Assembly (NCBI GenBank): GCA_937903325.1
Contig: CALCZR010000060.1
Coordinates: 210,404 to 274,403 of the forward strand
Reading direction: 5' to 3'
Length of the DNA stretch: 64,000 nucleotides
Source of the DNA: an uncultured Candidatus Saccharibacteria bacterium
Lineage (GTDB): Bacteria; Patescibacteriota; Saccharimonadia; Saccharimonadales; AWTP1-31
This document shows positions 24,954 to 34,133 of the stretch, piece by piece. Under the pieces are notes generated by a model, which had not been told where the DNA came from, made no database searches, and saw only the letters and a program-made list of their open reading frames with translations. The position numbers and the translations under genes were made by a program. Position 1 is the first letter of the stretch, and every line of letters begins with the position of its first letter.

Positions 24954-26402
24954 CTACGAAACAGGATCGGTTGGATCTTGTGTTGGCGTAATTACGCTTC
25001 CACCAAGTGGTTCGGTGCTAGCGGTATCGTCATTAACCGTGCCAGGCTTAACAGGAGACGCCCCTGCTGCGCTAGCAGTCTTACTTGCCCCAACCTTTTT
25101 CTCTATCTGGTCTAGGGTATCTGTCGACTCCACACTTGCCTTGCCCGTCTTTAGTGTTTCTACTGGTGTTGTATCGGAACTCTTAACCACCGTAGGCATC
25201 TGTAGAGGTGACATCATAGGGTCCTCATCTGCACCGGTCTTATTCATGCCGTTCACAAACACTGTATTGCCAGACGGACCGCTTGGGCGCAGGGGTCGGT
25301 TCTTGAACCAGCGAACAATAAGCAAGATAAAGATGATAGCCAGTATCGCTGCCGCACCCGGGATTACAAACTTCATTATGTCGAAGTTCTTCTCGAGCTT
25401 CAGGTCAAACTTCTGGGCATCTGTAGCAGTAGCACTACTCACCACCGTAATATCTTTGGTTGCAGCCCCTAGTACACCCTTAGCCTCGAGCTTGTACTTG
25501 CCTGGCTTAACCCCGAAGAAGCTCGCAACACCAGAATCATCTGTCGTTGCCGTCTGTTTATTAAGTGTTACCTTCACATTAGCGGCAGGCCTGCCGTCTT
25601 CACCCAAGATAGTGACCGAGACGACACCGTCGTATACTGGTTCATTTGAACTTTGGTCTGGTGTTGAGACTACTGGATCACCAGTATTTGTGGCTACTGG
25701 GGCTCGCGACCCGTTACCAGAACTACTGCCCGTAGACTTATTGGTTGTGCCACCACTAGAGGAGCCGCCTGAATTAGAGCCGCCAGATCCACCACTATTA
25801 GTAGGAGTAGATGGGGTGGAAGGGTTAGATGGTGTAGTGGGGTTGGTTGGCGTCGTTGGAGTGGATGGATTACTAATAGTAAAGGTCTTAGTTGCTGGCT
25901 GGGTATCCCAGACGTTTACTCCACTACCATCTTCAGAAATCTCTGAGCCACTGGTGAAACTTACGTTAGCAGTACCAGTAGTAGTCGCCTTAAATGTAAC
26001 GGTGGCTATGAGCTGATTCTGTGTAACGCTGTTGGGTGGAGTAAGGAAGCAAACAAGGTTCACGAGGCCATTGGAGCCGGTCTGGAATGGACAGGTGGCA
26101 AACTGACTACCTGCATTTGAGGCGCTCACAAACTGCAGTTTACTTGCATCGTAGGCCATATTAACGTTAACGGCGTTTACTGCAGTACCACCACTGTTCT
26201 CGTATACACCGACCGAGAATGTAGCATCCTTTGTAATATTCGCACTTGCTGACGTAGCTGAGAAGGTTGCATTACCGGTGGCCGCCTTACTGGCGTTAAG
26301 TAAATACGTTCCTATGCCGGCAACTGCTAGCACAGCTAAGACACTAACAACTTGCTTGATCTTCAGGCTGGCGATTAGTTTTCGTTTGTTCTTTTTATTC
26401 AT
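24954..26402 (-). CDS. membrane-anchored cohesin-domain protein (cohesin, P/T/S/G linker, CarboxypepD_reg-like, TM, cytoplasmic tail)
   Basis: Cohesin-like ATFSVGVYENSGGTAVNAVNVNMAYDASKLQFVSAS...ATVTFKATTTGTANVSF. TM helix FVIPGAAAILAIIFILLIV around residues 353-371 of 482. Confidence 0.6.
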   Translation of the reverse strand: MNKKNKRKLIASLKIKQVVSVLAVLAVAGIGTYLLNASKAATGNATFSATSASANITKDATFSVGVYENSGGTAVNAVNVNMAYDASKLQFVSASNAGSQFATCPFQTGSNGLVNLVCFLTPPNSVTQNQLIATVTFKATTTGTANVSFTSGSEISEDGSGVNVWDTQPATKTFTISNPSTPTTPTNPTTPSNPSTPSTPTNSGGSGGSNSGGSSSGGTTNKSTGSSSGNGSRAPVATNTGDPVVSTPDQSSNEPVYDGVVSVTILGEDGRPAANVKVTLNKQTATTDDSGVASFFGVKPGKYKLEAKGVLGAATKDITVVSSATATDAQKFDLKLEKNFDIMKFVIPGAAAILAIIFILLIVRWFKNRPLRPSGPSGNTVFVNGMNKTGADEDPMMSPLQMPTVVKSSDTTPVETLKTGKASVESTDTLDQIEKKVGASKTASAAGASPVKPGTVNDDTASTEPLGGSVITPTQDPTDPVS

Positions 26403-28072
26403 TATTTTGTCCAGTTGTTAAGTACCATCTTAAGGTCAGCGTAGTTGACCACGCCCTGTCCATCCGTATTGTCGACGTTTCCTTGCTCACGAGTCTTGCC
26501 ACTACCTTTATTGTAGTTATTGAGCACCATGACAAGGTCAGTGTAGTTAACTATACCGTACCCAGCTTCACCAGACTTTGTCGTATCGCCAGGAACTGGT
26601 TGGGTAGGTACGGGGTTGGCAACTGTAACACTAATCGTTACCAGACTGCTCACATTGCCGGCTTTGTCGTACGCCCGCACACCTATGGTGTGGTTGGTAT
26701 TGGTGACCTTCGTCGTATCCCAGATGAAGTTGTGTGCCGCACCGCTACCGGAAGTTACATCTGCCTGGAAAACGTTGTCTACGTAGAAGGCTACTTTTTG
26801 CATACCACTACCACCATTAGGATCGGTAGCGTTAGCAGTAATAGTGACATTGCTCTTGAGGCCTGTAGCGTTATTAGCCGGATTAGTAATACTAACGCTC
26901 GGCGCTGCCGTATCTGGACTACTCACCGCCACGCTAATGCTGGCCGTATTATTATTCTCATTACTCTCGGTAACCTTATTCGTACTGTCCACTACTGCCG
27001 CCATAGCTACCGTACCCGCTGTGGCATTCCACTGTGAGCTCGCGGTAATAGTTGCTGTTGCGTTAGCAGCAAGAGCTGGCGTGTAGGTAGTTTGTGCAAA
27101 GGATGTGCCATTGGCTGTGAAGTTAATGACATTCTGTGCACTCGTCGTGGGGAAGTTTGAGTTGTTCTTTATCGTCGCCATCACCGTAGCTTTGTCACCA
27201 ACGTTCAACGAGGTCGGAGATACCGTGACCGCTGTCACAATAAGGTCAGGGTCACCATTCTGCACGTTCACCGTGACACTACTACTGGTTTTAGAGTTGC
27301 CCGTCGGATCAAATGCCTTGGCCGTAATCGTATGATTACCATTTGGAACAGAACCTGACTTGGTATTCCAGTCATACGAGAATGGTGCAGATGTATCATT
27401 ATTTATCGTTACGCCATCCACCTGGAACTCTACGCGGACCGTGCCACTGTCATCACTGGCCGTTGCAGCCAAGTTAACGGTATTACTCACCGTACCGGCA
27501 GATGGTGCTGTTAGCAGGACACTTGGAGGAGTACCATCTGACTCATCTGCACAGTTATTACCTACTGTGCCATCAGAAGCAACCGTATTATCTGGCACAC
27601 AAGTGCTCGCACCGGTATCCAGCACAAACATTACCTTATCAAGCAATACTCCTTCACTTGTCCCGAGCAGTCGTACCTTGTGGAGACCCTGTGCTAACTG
27701 CATAGAAGACTTATTACCATTAGTCTGTACGTCGATCCAGGTCCAGGTGTTTGGCGTTATCGAATTCTTTCCTACGATCATACAGTAACCGTCTACTTCA
27801 AGCATATAGTTACTGTTAGCTGTGCTCGGAATCTGGATACGGGTCCATACCCGGTAGTTGTTAGTACCAGGCTGTGTAATGTTGATTTTCTTATCACCGT
27901 CAAAAGTGACCACACCGAAATCTCCGCCGGGAGTACAGTCAGCCTTGGCTTTAGTGGTATGGAATAGTATTCCTCCGCTCAGGAACAGGGCTACAAGTAT
28001 AAAGAGTGGTATCCACTTTCTGGATATAATCCGCATGGATTTATAGTAACTCATAAATCGCTTATGGTACAC
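26402..28072 (-). CDS. secreted protein with CBM-like, 2 Ig-like and CARDB domains plus a C-terminal dockerin-like duplicated segment
   Basis: C-terminus: ...GYGIVNYTDLVMVLNNY... and ...DNTDGQGVVNYADLKMVLNNW. CARDB-like DLIVTAVTVSPTSLNVGDKATVMATIKN. Confidence 0.55.
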   Translation of the reverse strand: MYHKRFMSYYKSMRIISRKWIPLFILVALFLSGGILFHTTKAKADCTPGGDFGVVTFDGDKKINITQPGTNNYRVWTRIQIPSTANSNYMLEVDGYCMIVGKNSITPNTWTWIDVQTNGNKSSMQLAQGLHKVRLLGTSEGVLLDKVMFVLDTGASTCVPDNTVASDGTVGNNCADESDGTPPSVLLTAPSAGTVSNTVNLAATASDDSGTVRVEFQVDGVTINNDTSAPFSYDWNTKSGSVPNGNHTITAKAFDPTGNSKTSSSVTVNVQNGDPDLIVTAVTVSPTSLNVGDKATVMATIKNNSNFPTTSAQNVINFTANGTSFAQTTYTPALAANATATITASSQWNATAGTVAMAAVVDSTNKVTESNENNNTASISVAVSSPDTAAPSVSITNPANNATGLKSNVTITANATDPNGGSGMQKVAFYVDNVFQADVTSGSGAAHNFIWDTTKVTNTNHTIGVRAYDKAGNVSSLVTISVTVANPVPTQPVPGDTTKSGEAGYGIVNYTDLVMVLNNYNKGSGKTREQGNVDNTDGQGVVNYADLKMVLNNWTK

Positions 28073-28108
28073 AGATAATTACCCCTATTACGTATAGAAA
28101 CACGCATA

Positions 28109-30022
28109 TTATTCAAAAGCTCCGATCCTTGTCCTGCTATTTAACCTTCCGCTTTCCGGATAACTCCCGGGAACCTTCTGCATAGAAGACGGTTTGGTAA
28201 TAGATGCACTGGCCCTAAAACAGTCACGGTTTGTCACAAGTACACAATTAAAGCTCGGGTTGCCTTCGACATTACCAACCCATTGTGATGGCATCGCCCC
28301 ACCGCTCACTATTTGGCCCAGGCTTTGATACCGGTGACTGGTATCGGCAGGGTCATATAGACTATTCCAGGCGAAATAGTTATCGTTGGCAAGCACCTGG
28401 CTGTAGAAAACATTTCCATCCCAGTCCGAGCCATCCTCTACCCGTCCCGTTCCTCTCACGATGCCACCTTCGTAGGAATAGAAGATGTTATTGGTAAATG
28501 TCGCGTCTTTGGTAAGAAGACCTGCGGTTGACTGAACCGTCTTACGAAGATTGCCTGAGTTACCAGCAAAGTAAAGAGTATTGTAGTAGAAATGGATATT
28601 CCCCGGAAGGTCTACGGAGTCATTCTGCATCTTTATGGAGTAAGAGGGGCTCCAAACCAACACACCATTACCATTTATTGCTGGGCGGTTAGCTATAAAT
28701 AAGTTCTCGTAGACATAGGTTGGCCCAACACTCGCCGGTGTTGGTGAAAATGGCTCAAAGGAGTCGTATACTGTATTACCTCTAACGATCAGGTTCTTGA
28801 ACGGTGCCTCAGGCTCGATTCCGGGCCCAGCATGATCGTGCACAAGATTATTTGAGATAACCGAATTACTGTTGTAGTACCTAGTGTCAGTCGATCGAGC
28901 GAACAGGGTTGGGAAGTGAATACCGGCCCAATATCCGTAAGTGTGATTATTGTCGACGACGATATTACTAATATCTTTGCTTGTTGCTCGCACAATAATA
29001 GCCTGGTTCTCCATAGTCTTTGAGCCAGCTCGCTCCTTAACATCAGAACCGTCCCAAGTACGCTCAAATCCACCATGGATGGTACTGTTTTTAATGGTTA
29101 CATTAGACGTGTCGAATGCTCCGACTCCGGCTCCGCCACCAGTTATATCAACTCCGTCGACAGTAACATTATTGCTACTACGCGCCAGTACGTTAGCATT
29201 GCCATACATAATCTTGAGCTTTGAGCCACTCACACTATTGAGACTAATATTATTAGCACTCTGGATATCAAATGTTGCCGTCCTACCGCCAATGTATAGC
29301 GGTGCAGTTGGTGGTTGACCATTACTCGTGGCCACCAGCACGCCACCGTTAAGCCAGCTGTTATTCACGAAGACTCCGGGGAGTTGATTGACAGTTTGTT
29401 TGCCCATAAGCTGGAAATAATCAGGGTAAGACCACTGCTGTTTGCCATCTGCGGTATAAATGGTATTGCCATCCGGTGCGAACTCGTCGCGACCTAAATC
29501 GTGTCTCCATACACCGTTATCAACATAGGTCCAGTTAACGCCACTGATAAATTCCGGGATTGCCCCATTCACCGTAACGTCACCATTTCCAAATGGCTCT
29601 ATAATAAGGTCGTTTTTCTGGATTACTATTTGCTCAATATACGTCCCAGCTAATATACGAATTCTCGTTGGGCCGTTGGCTAGTTCTACCGCTCTTTTTA
29701 TAGACTGGACAGCGTTAGCTTGTGTACTGCCGTCCTTAGTATTATTACCAGAAGTACTCACAAAGAGGTCTTTGTAGGGTTGGCCAAACCGAATACCATT
29801 ACCGCCACTTGCTGAGTCATCGCCAAACGTTCTAGCAGTTCCTACACCGTTCTCCGCCTCAAGGCCTACCGAAGATGTAGCCGCCTTACTCAGCGCTAAC
29901 GTAACTAAGCCAAGGATGACAATCGCTACAAAGGCATATACATACTTAGCTCTTTCCTGTGCTCCGGCATACTTAAGAAGTGATTTTATTTTCTTCTGTA
30001 TTTGTTTAATGATTACCTTCAT
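28109..30022 (-). CDS. secreted right-handed parallel beta-helix repeat protein
   Basis: N-terminal TM/signal. Repeated NxxxxN/beta-helix turns (NVTIKNSTIHGG, VISNNLVHDH, LIVRGNTVYDS). Confidence 0.6.
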   Translation of the reverse strand: MKVIIKQIQKKIKSLLKYAGAQERAKYVYAFVAIVILGLVTLALSKAATSSVGLEAENGVGTARTFGDDSASGGNGIRFGQPYKDLFVSTSGNNTKDGSTQANAVQSIKRAVELANGPTRIRILAGTYIEQIVIQKNDLIIEPFGNGDVTVNGAIPEFISGVNWTYVDNGVWRHDLGRDEFAPDGNTIYTADGKQQWSYPDYFQLMGKQTVNQLPGVFVNNSWLNGGVLVATSNGQPPTAPLYIGGRTATFDIQSANNISLNSVSGSKLKIMYGNANVLARSSNNVTVDGVDITGGGAGVGAFDTSNVTIKNSTIHGGFERTWDGSDVKERAGSKTMENQAIIVRATSKDISNIVVDNNHTYGYWAGIHFPTLFARSTDTRYYNSNSVISNNLVHDHAGPGIEPEAPFKNLIVRGNTVYDSFEPFSPTPASVGPTYVYENLFIANRPAINGNGVLVWSPSYSIKMQNDSVDLPGNIHFYYNTLYFAGNSGNLRKTVQSTAGLLTKDATFTNNIFYSYEGGIVRGTGRVEDGSDWDGNVFYSQVLANDNYFAWNSLYDPADTSHRYQSLGQIVSGGAMPSQWVGNVEGNPSFNCVLVTNRDCFRASASITKPSSMQKVPGSYPESGRLNSRTRIGAFE

Positions 30023-30112
30023 AAATAGAGTATTAGCGTACGTCTTCTCTTAACGCTATTTTAGCATAACAAGTAAGTTCCCGATCAGTGTCGGATTGAT
30101 TACGGGCGCTAT

Positions 30113-31006
30113 CTACAAGATGGTCTGGATTTTAGCCTGCACACAGCCAGCAAAGGCTGTGTAGCCATTGTCATTTAAGTGCTTAATGTCCACTTCTTGG
30201 GTAAACCAATCTAACTGTACTATTCGATAAAAGTTTGGGTTAAGCCAGCCAGGCTGAGATGGATCCTGTAGTGCGATTGTGCAGTCAGCCACGGTACCAG
30301 CAACGTTACCTGTCGTCGTTAACCATGAATTGTACTCGTTACGTGCAGTTAGCATTGCAGTACTCCATGCACTTGCCTGGCCATTGGGTTTGGGTGGTGG
30401 CTGCTGAGCGACCCATACTACTTTGACACTTTTGTTGCTCAAGTAGGTGTTTATACCCCGTACGGCCTGTATTATTTGAGCCGACGTAGATCCGTAGAAG
30501 TAGTCATTCGTTGATCCTTCTATAACTACTATCTTCGGGATGCCGCAGGCGTCAAAGTACTGCTTTAGCTGCGTCCCAATGGACACCACATTCTCATTGA
30601 GGTACTTGATATCCATAGTGAACGCCGCCCCTGGATACGCCACCATGTGCTCACTATAATTAGGAATATCTATAAAGCGTGGATAACCACCGTTGCCCGT
30701 AGCGTTGCTGTCCCCGTTAAATTGAATGACATTTCCGCCAGTTGGGCAGGCTATGAAGGGTGGTGCCTTATCATAAAACTTCATGGCCGACCCACCAGAT
30801 GCCGTGGGGTCAAGCGTAGACATAGCCGGTCGAGTAGCAGCCCCGCTTTCTGGCTCAAGACTGCTGGCAGTGGCTGCCGAGGAGATCCGGAGGAGCACCA
30901 CGCCAATAACTGAAAAAACGAGGACGCTTAGCCCCAGACCAAGCTGCTTGCCAGCAGCTCGCTTGGCTTTCCGAAAAGCCGATGTACGTTTTAGTTTGAC
31001 TTTCAT
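30113..31006 (-). CDS. secreted SGNH/GDSL-family hydrolase
   Basis: Block I FNGDSNATG, block III EGSTNDY, block V DIKHLN. ATG at 31006 preferred over TTG at 31015. Confidence 0.6.
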   Translation of the reverse strand: MKVKLKRTSAFRKAKRAAGKQLGLGLSVLVFSVIGVVLLRISSAATASSLEPESGAATRPAMSTLDPTASGGSAMKFYDKAPPFIACPTGGNVIQFNGDSNATGNGGYPRFIDIPNYSEHMVAYPGAAFTMDIKYLNENVVSIGTQLKQYFDACGIPKIVVIEGSTNDYFYGSTSAQIIQAVRGINTYLSNKSVKVVWVAQQPPPKPNGQASAWSTAMLTARNEYNSWLTTTGNVAGTVADCTIALQDPSQPGWLNPNFYRIVQLDWFTQEVDIKHLNDNGYTAFAGCVQAKIQTIL

Positions 31007-31046
31007 GCTACACAAGCATTATAGCAATGCCTGCCAAACAATCTAC

Positions 31047-31547
31047 CTACCCGCGTTTGACGCGAACCATAGCATGCCGGATTACCTGATCACCGATCTG
31101 GTAACCAGCCTGTAGTTCTTCACTGACAATCTCGTTGTCGCCATCCCCGTCGTCCATGCCAACAGCTTCGTGGACGTGCGGATTAAAGTGCTCACCTACG
31201 GTCTTAATTCGTTGTACACCCATGGAACTCAGGGTAGCTTCGAATTGCTTCACCACACCCTGCACGCCCTTTATGTAGTCATTGCCTTCGAGTTCAGCTG
31301 GAACGTGTTTGAGCGCCCGCTCAAAGTTGTCTATTACCGGTAGGAGTTCTTCAATGACCTGGGATTTAATCGTAGACTTCAGGCTAGCTATTTGTTCGTC
31401 GTGACGCCGGCGAATATTCATGGCATCTGCTCGCTCGCGCTGCAAAGCTTCTGTTAGTTCGGCGACTTGCTGCAAGACCTTATGCATCTCGTCTGCTAAT
31501 GCTGCATCTTCAGCAGGCTGGTCGTTAGTTGGTTTGTTCTTAGGCAT
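31047..31547 (-). CDS. grpE: nucleotide exchange factor GrpE
   Basis: 166 aa with RERADAMNIRRR, LLPVIDNFERAL, HEAV...V. Confidence 0.9.
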   Translation of the reverse strand: MPKNKPTNDQPAEDAALADEMHKVLQQVAELTEALQRERADAMNIRRRHDEQIASLKSTIKSQVIEELLPVIDNFERALKHVPAELEGNDYIKGVQGVVKQFEATLSSMGVQRIKTVGEHFNPHVHEAVGMDDGDGDNEIVSEELQAGYQIGDQVIRHAMVRVKRG

Positions 31548-32250
31548 ACAGTACTTCCTCCAATGCTTCTCCGGTGCGGCGTACTAAACTCATGACGTCC
31601 CGGTAACTTTGGCGAGTGGGGCCAAGCACCCCGATGTAGCTACGGTCACTAAAGTTACTACGGAAGCGGCTGACAATCAGTGAACATCCTGCACTACGAC
31701 CAATAGGATTCTCTTGGCCAATATAGACACTAAGCGGTTCATTGGGGGCCGCCTCGTAAAGCCATGGCTCTAGGTTATCCAGTAACCGTGCGACTTCACG
31801 TACTTGCCCGCTGTTCATAAACTCGGGCTGTCCAAACAAGTTAGATAGTCCACTCATATATAGCTGGTCGCCAATGGTCGCAATGCCCAGATTGTGCGTC
31901 AGATCCACCAGCGTATCTACGGCGTTCTTAATAACTTGCTCACTTACACCGCCGCCCGATACGCGGGTAGCTAAAGCCTTCTCTGCCCGACGTTCTGCAG
32001 GAGATCCCGGAATACTGGCAGCTAGATTGTTTACGTAGAAACGATAACCTTTGTCGGTCGGAATACGACCAGCACTAGTATGAGGCTGGTTAATAAAGCC
32101 GTGTTTTTCAAGCTCAGCCATTTCAGATCGAATAGTGGCTGATGACACATTGAAAACTTTGGCTAACAAACTAGAGCCTACGGGGCTTGCTACTTCGGCG
32201 TACTGTTCGACAATTGCCTGCAGAATTTTCTGCTGTCGTTCACTTAACAT
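31540..32250 (-). CDS. hrcA: heat-inducible transcription repressor HrcA (compact, 236 aa)
   Basis: MLSERQQKILQAIVEQY...VGSSLLA...SSATIRSEMAELE...HTSAGRIPTDKGYRFYV. 8-nt overlap with grpE. Confidence 0.85.
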   Translation of the reverse strand: MLSERQQKILQAIVEQYAEVASPVGSSLLAKVFNVSSATIRSEMAELEKHGFINQPHTSAGRIPTDKGYRFYVNNLAASIPGSPAERRAEKALATRVSGGGVSEQVIKNAVDTLVDLTHNLGIATIGDQLYMSGLSNLFGQPEFMNSGQVREVARLLDNLEPWLYEAAPNEPLSVYIGQENPIGRSAGCSLIVSRFRSNFSDRSYIGVLGPTRQSYRDVMSLVRRTGEALEEVLYA

Positions 32251-32259
32251 GCTCCTATT

Positions 32260-32286
32260 TTAGCACTTAAGGTGCAGGAGTGCCAA
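32260..32286. promoter_or_regulatory. CIRCE-like HrcA operator upstream of hrcA
   Basis: TTAGCACTT-N9-GAGTGCCAA; 9 nt from the hrcA ATG. Overlaps the 3' end of the upstream ORF. Confidence 0.7.
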
Positions 32287-32845
32287 CTGGCATCCGTTCG
32301 AACAAAAGAGCCGACGCCACATTCAGTTGGCGGGTCACACCCTCAATTCCGTAATAGATTTGCCCGTCGGCTTCCAATGTATCCAGATAAAAATGTGGCT
32401 CACCGTCTGCAAAGTCGGTAATAAATATAGTCTCCACTAGTTCCTCGGTCTTAGGTCCTTCACTAGTTGGATTGGCCTTTTCTCGGTAACGGCGTACTGA
32501 AACAACTGCGTCCTCCCCGTATCTGTTTGCCTCGGCAGTCATGAGTTCATCAGCACGGCGAGATGGGATTCTGTAACCTTCTTTGCTACGCGCTTCAACA
32601 AACTCCTCCGCAGCTATCTGGAATCTCTCTACCGCTTGCTTGTGTAGCCACTCTTTTCGGCCCGGCAAGATAAAGCGCTCATGAAAGGCAGCGAGCCGTT
32701 CTTGTCGACTATCCCAAAGCCCAATGAGTGCATCGGCAGCCCTACCAAGCAGAGAAGGCTCAAGCTGCTCCTGAACACGCTGGATAAAGGCTGCATGCCG
32801 TTCTCCTTCTGCCTGTGTTTTGTCGAGATAACCTTTTTGAGCCAT
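32267..32845 (-). CDS. hypothetical protein
   Basis: 192-aa ORF with no recognisable motif. Confidence 0.45.
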   Translation of the reverse strand: MAQKGYLDKTQAEGERHAAFIQRVQEQLEPSLLGRAADALIGLWDSRQERLAAFHERFILPGRKEWLHKQAVERFQIAAEEFVEARSKEGYRIPSRRADELMTAEANRYGEDAVVSVRRYREKANPTSEGPKTEELVETIFITDFADGEPHFYLDTLEADGQIYYGIEGVTRQLNVASALLFERMPVGTPAP

Positions 32846-32953
32846 AAAAACATATTATACTGTTATCATGCCATTATCGCAACTATAGCCTATGTCACCG
32901 TGTAAGAAATACCTCTTGAAAAATACTTAACATGTATACTATACTGCTCTGGC

Positions 32954-33577
32954 ATGAATACCAACACAAACATTAACGCAGACCACATAGCAACTATCGC
33001 CAAGTGGCTTGGCACTGGCAGCATTAATGTGTTTGGCATGCCATTCTCTGGCAAAGACACTCAATGTGGTCGTTTAGCCGAACTTCTAGATGCCGTAACG
33101 TTTGGCGGTGGAGATATCCTCCGCAACAGTAAAACGTCCGAACAGCTACAAACTGAGATTAATGGTGGCAAACTCGCCCCAACCACTGAGTATCTCTCAC
33201 TAATCTTGCCTTACTTCCAGCGAGACGAGTTCCAAGGCAAGCCCCTAGTGCTCAGCTCTATCGGACGTTGGGCGGGTGAGGAGCAAACTGTCATACCGGC
33301 AGCTACTGAAGCTGACCACCCAATCAAAGCAGCCATTTTTCTAGACATGCCCCACGATGAAGCCCAAGCACGACTAGATGTTGCAGCACGAGACCGAGTA
33401 GACGACAGCGCCGATATTCTACAAACCAGATTCAATGAATTCGATACTAAGACTCAGCCAGTACTTGCAGTATATGAATCACAGAACCTGCTTATTACTA
33501 TCAATGCAGTGCAAACACCTGACGAAGTTACCGCAGCCATAATTGAAGCTTTGTACCTAAAGAGCCAGGAGGCGTAA
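32954..33577 (+). CDS. adenylate/nucleoside-monophosphate kinase-like protein with divergent P-loop
   Basis: FGMPFSGKDTQ in place of GxPGxGKGTQ, 207 aa. Confidence 0.45.
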   Translation: MNTNTNINADHIATIAKWLGTGSINVFGMPFSGKDTQCGRLAELLDAVTFGGGDILRNSKTSEQLQTEINGGKLAPTTEYLSLILPYFQRDEFQGKPLVLSSIGRWAGEEQTVIPAATEADHPIKAAIFLDMPHDEAQARLDVAARDRVDDSADILQTRFNEFDTKTQPVLAVYESQNLLITINAVQTPDEVTAAIIEALYLKSQEA

Positions 33578-33585
33578 GGAGTAAT

Positions 33586-34047
33586 ATGAAACCGGCACCT
33601 GACTTTGCCCTACTCGACCAAACCGGCACCGAACGAAAACTCGCTGACTATACGGGTAAATGGATAGTACTGTACTTCTATCCTAAGGACGATACTCCCG
33701 GATGTACAACCGAAGCTTGCAACTTCCGTGACGCTCGTGACTCCATAGCAACCTTGGGTAATGCTGAGGTCATTGGTATCAGTAAAGACTCCGTGAGTAA
33801 ACATGCTAACTTTACCAAGAAATACAATCTAAACTTCACCTTGCTCAGTGACCCAGAAACAACCACCATTCAAGCCTACGATTCATGGGGTGAGCGAAAA
33901 CTATTTGGCAAAACATTTATTGGCATCCTGCGTAATACTTTTATTATTGACCCCTCGGGGAACATTACTAAAGAATACCGTGGCGTTGACCCTAAAATCC
34001 ACGCTGCCGAAATAATCAAAGACCTTCAGAAGCTACAAGCAAATTAA
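33586..34047 (+). CDS. bcp: thioredoxin-dependent peroxiredoxin (Bcp type)
   Basis: YFYPKDDTPGCTTEAC motif, 153 aa. Confidence 0.85.
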   Translation: MKPAPDFALLDQTGTERKLADYTGKWIVLYFYPKDDTPGCTTEACNFRDARDSIATLGNAEVIGISKDSVSKHANFTKKYNLNFTLLSDPETTTIQAYDSWGERKLFGKTFIGILRNTFIIDPSGNITKEYRGVDPKIHAAEIIKDLQKLQAN

Positions 34048-34133
34048 TACCTATTTTATACCGAAATTGCGGTAGTTATAGCTAGTTTTTTGTACCAACT
34101 TTTGGGATGATAAGCATAGGCAATATCAGGTCT

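Noticed and set aside
25015-26016. 333-aa plus-strand ORF
   Set aside because: It is entirely antisense to the cohesin-protein gene and its product is low-complexity (L/P/V/S-rich). The minus-strand product has a signal sequence, domain structure and translational coupling, so the plus ORF is a shadow frame.
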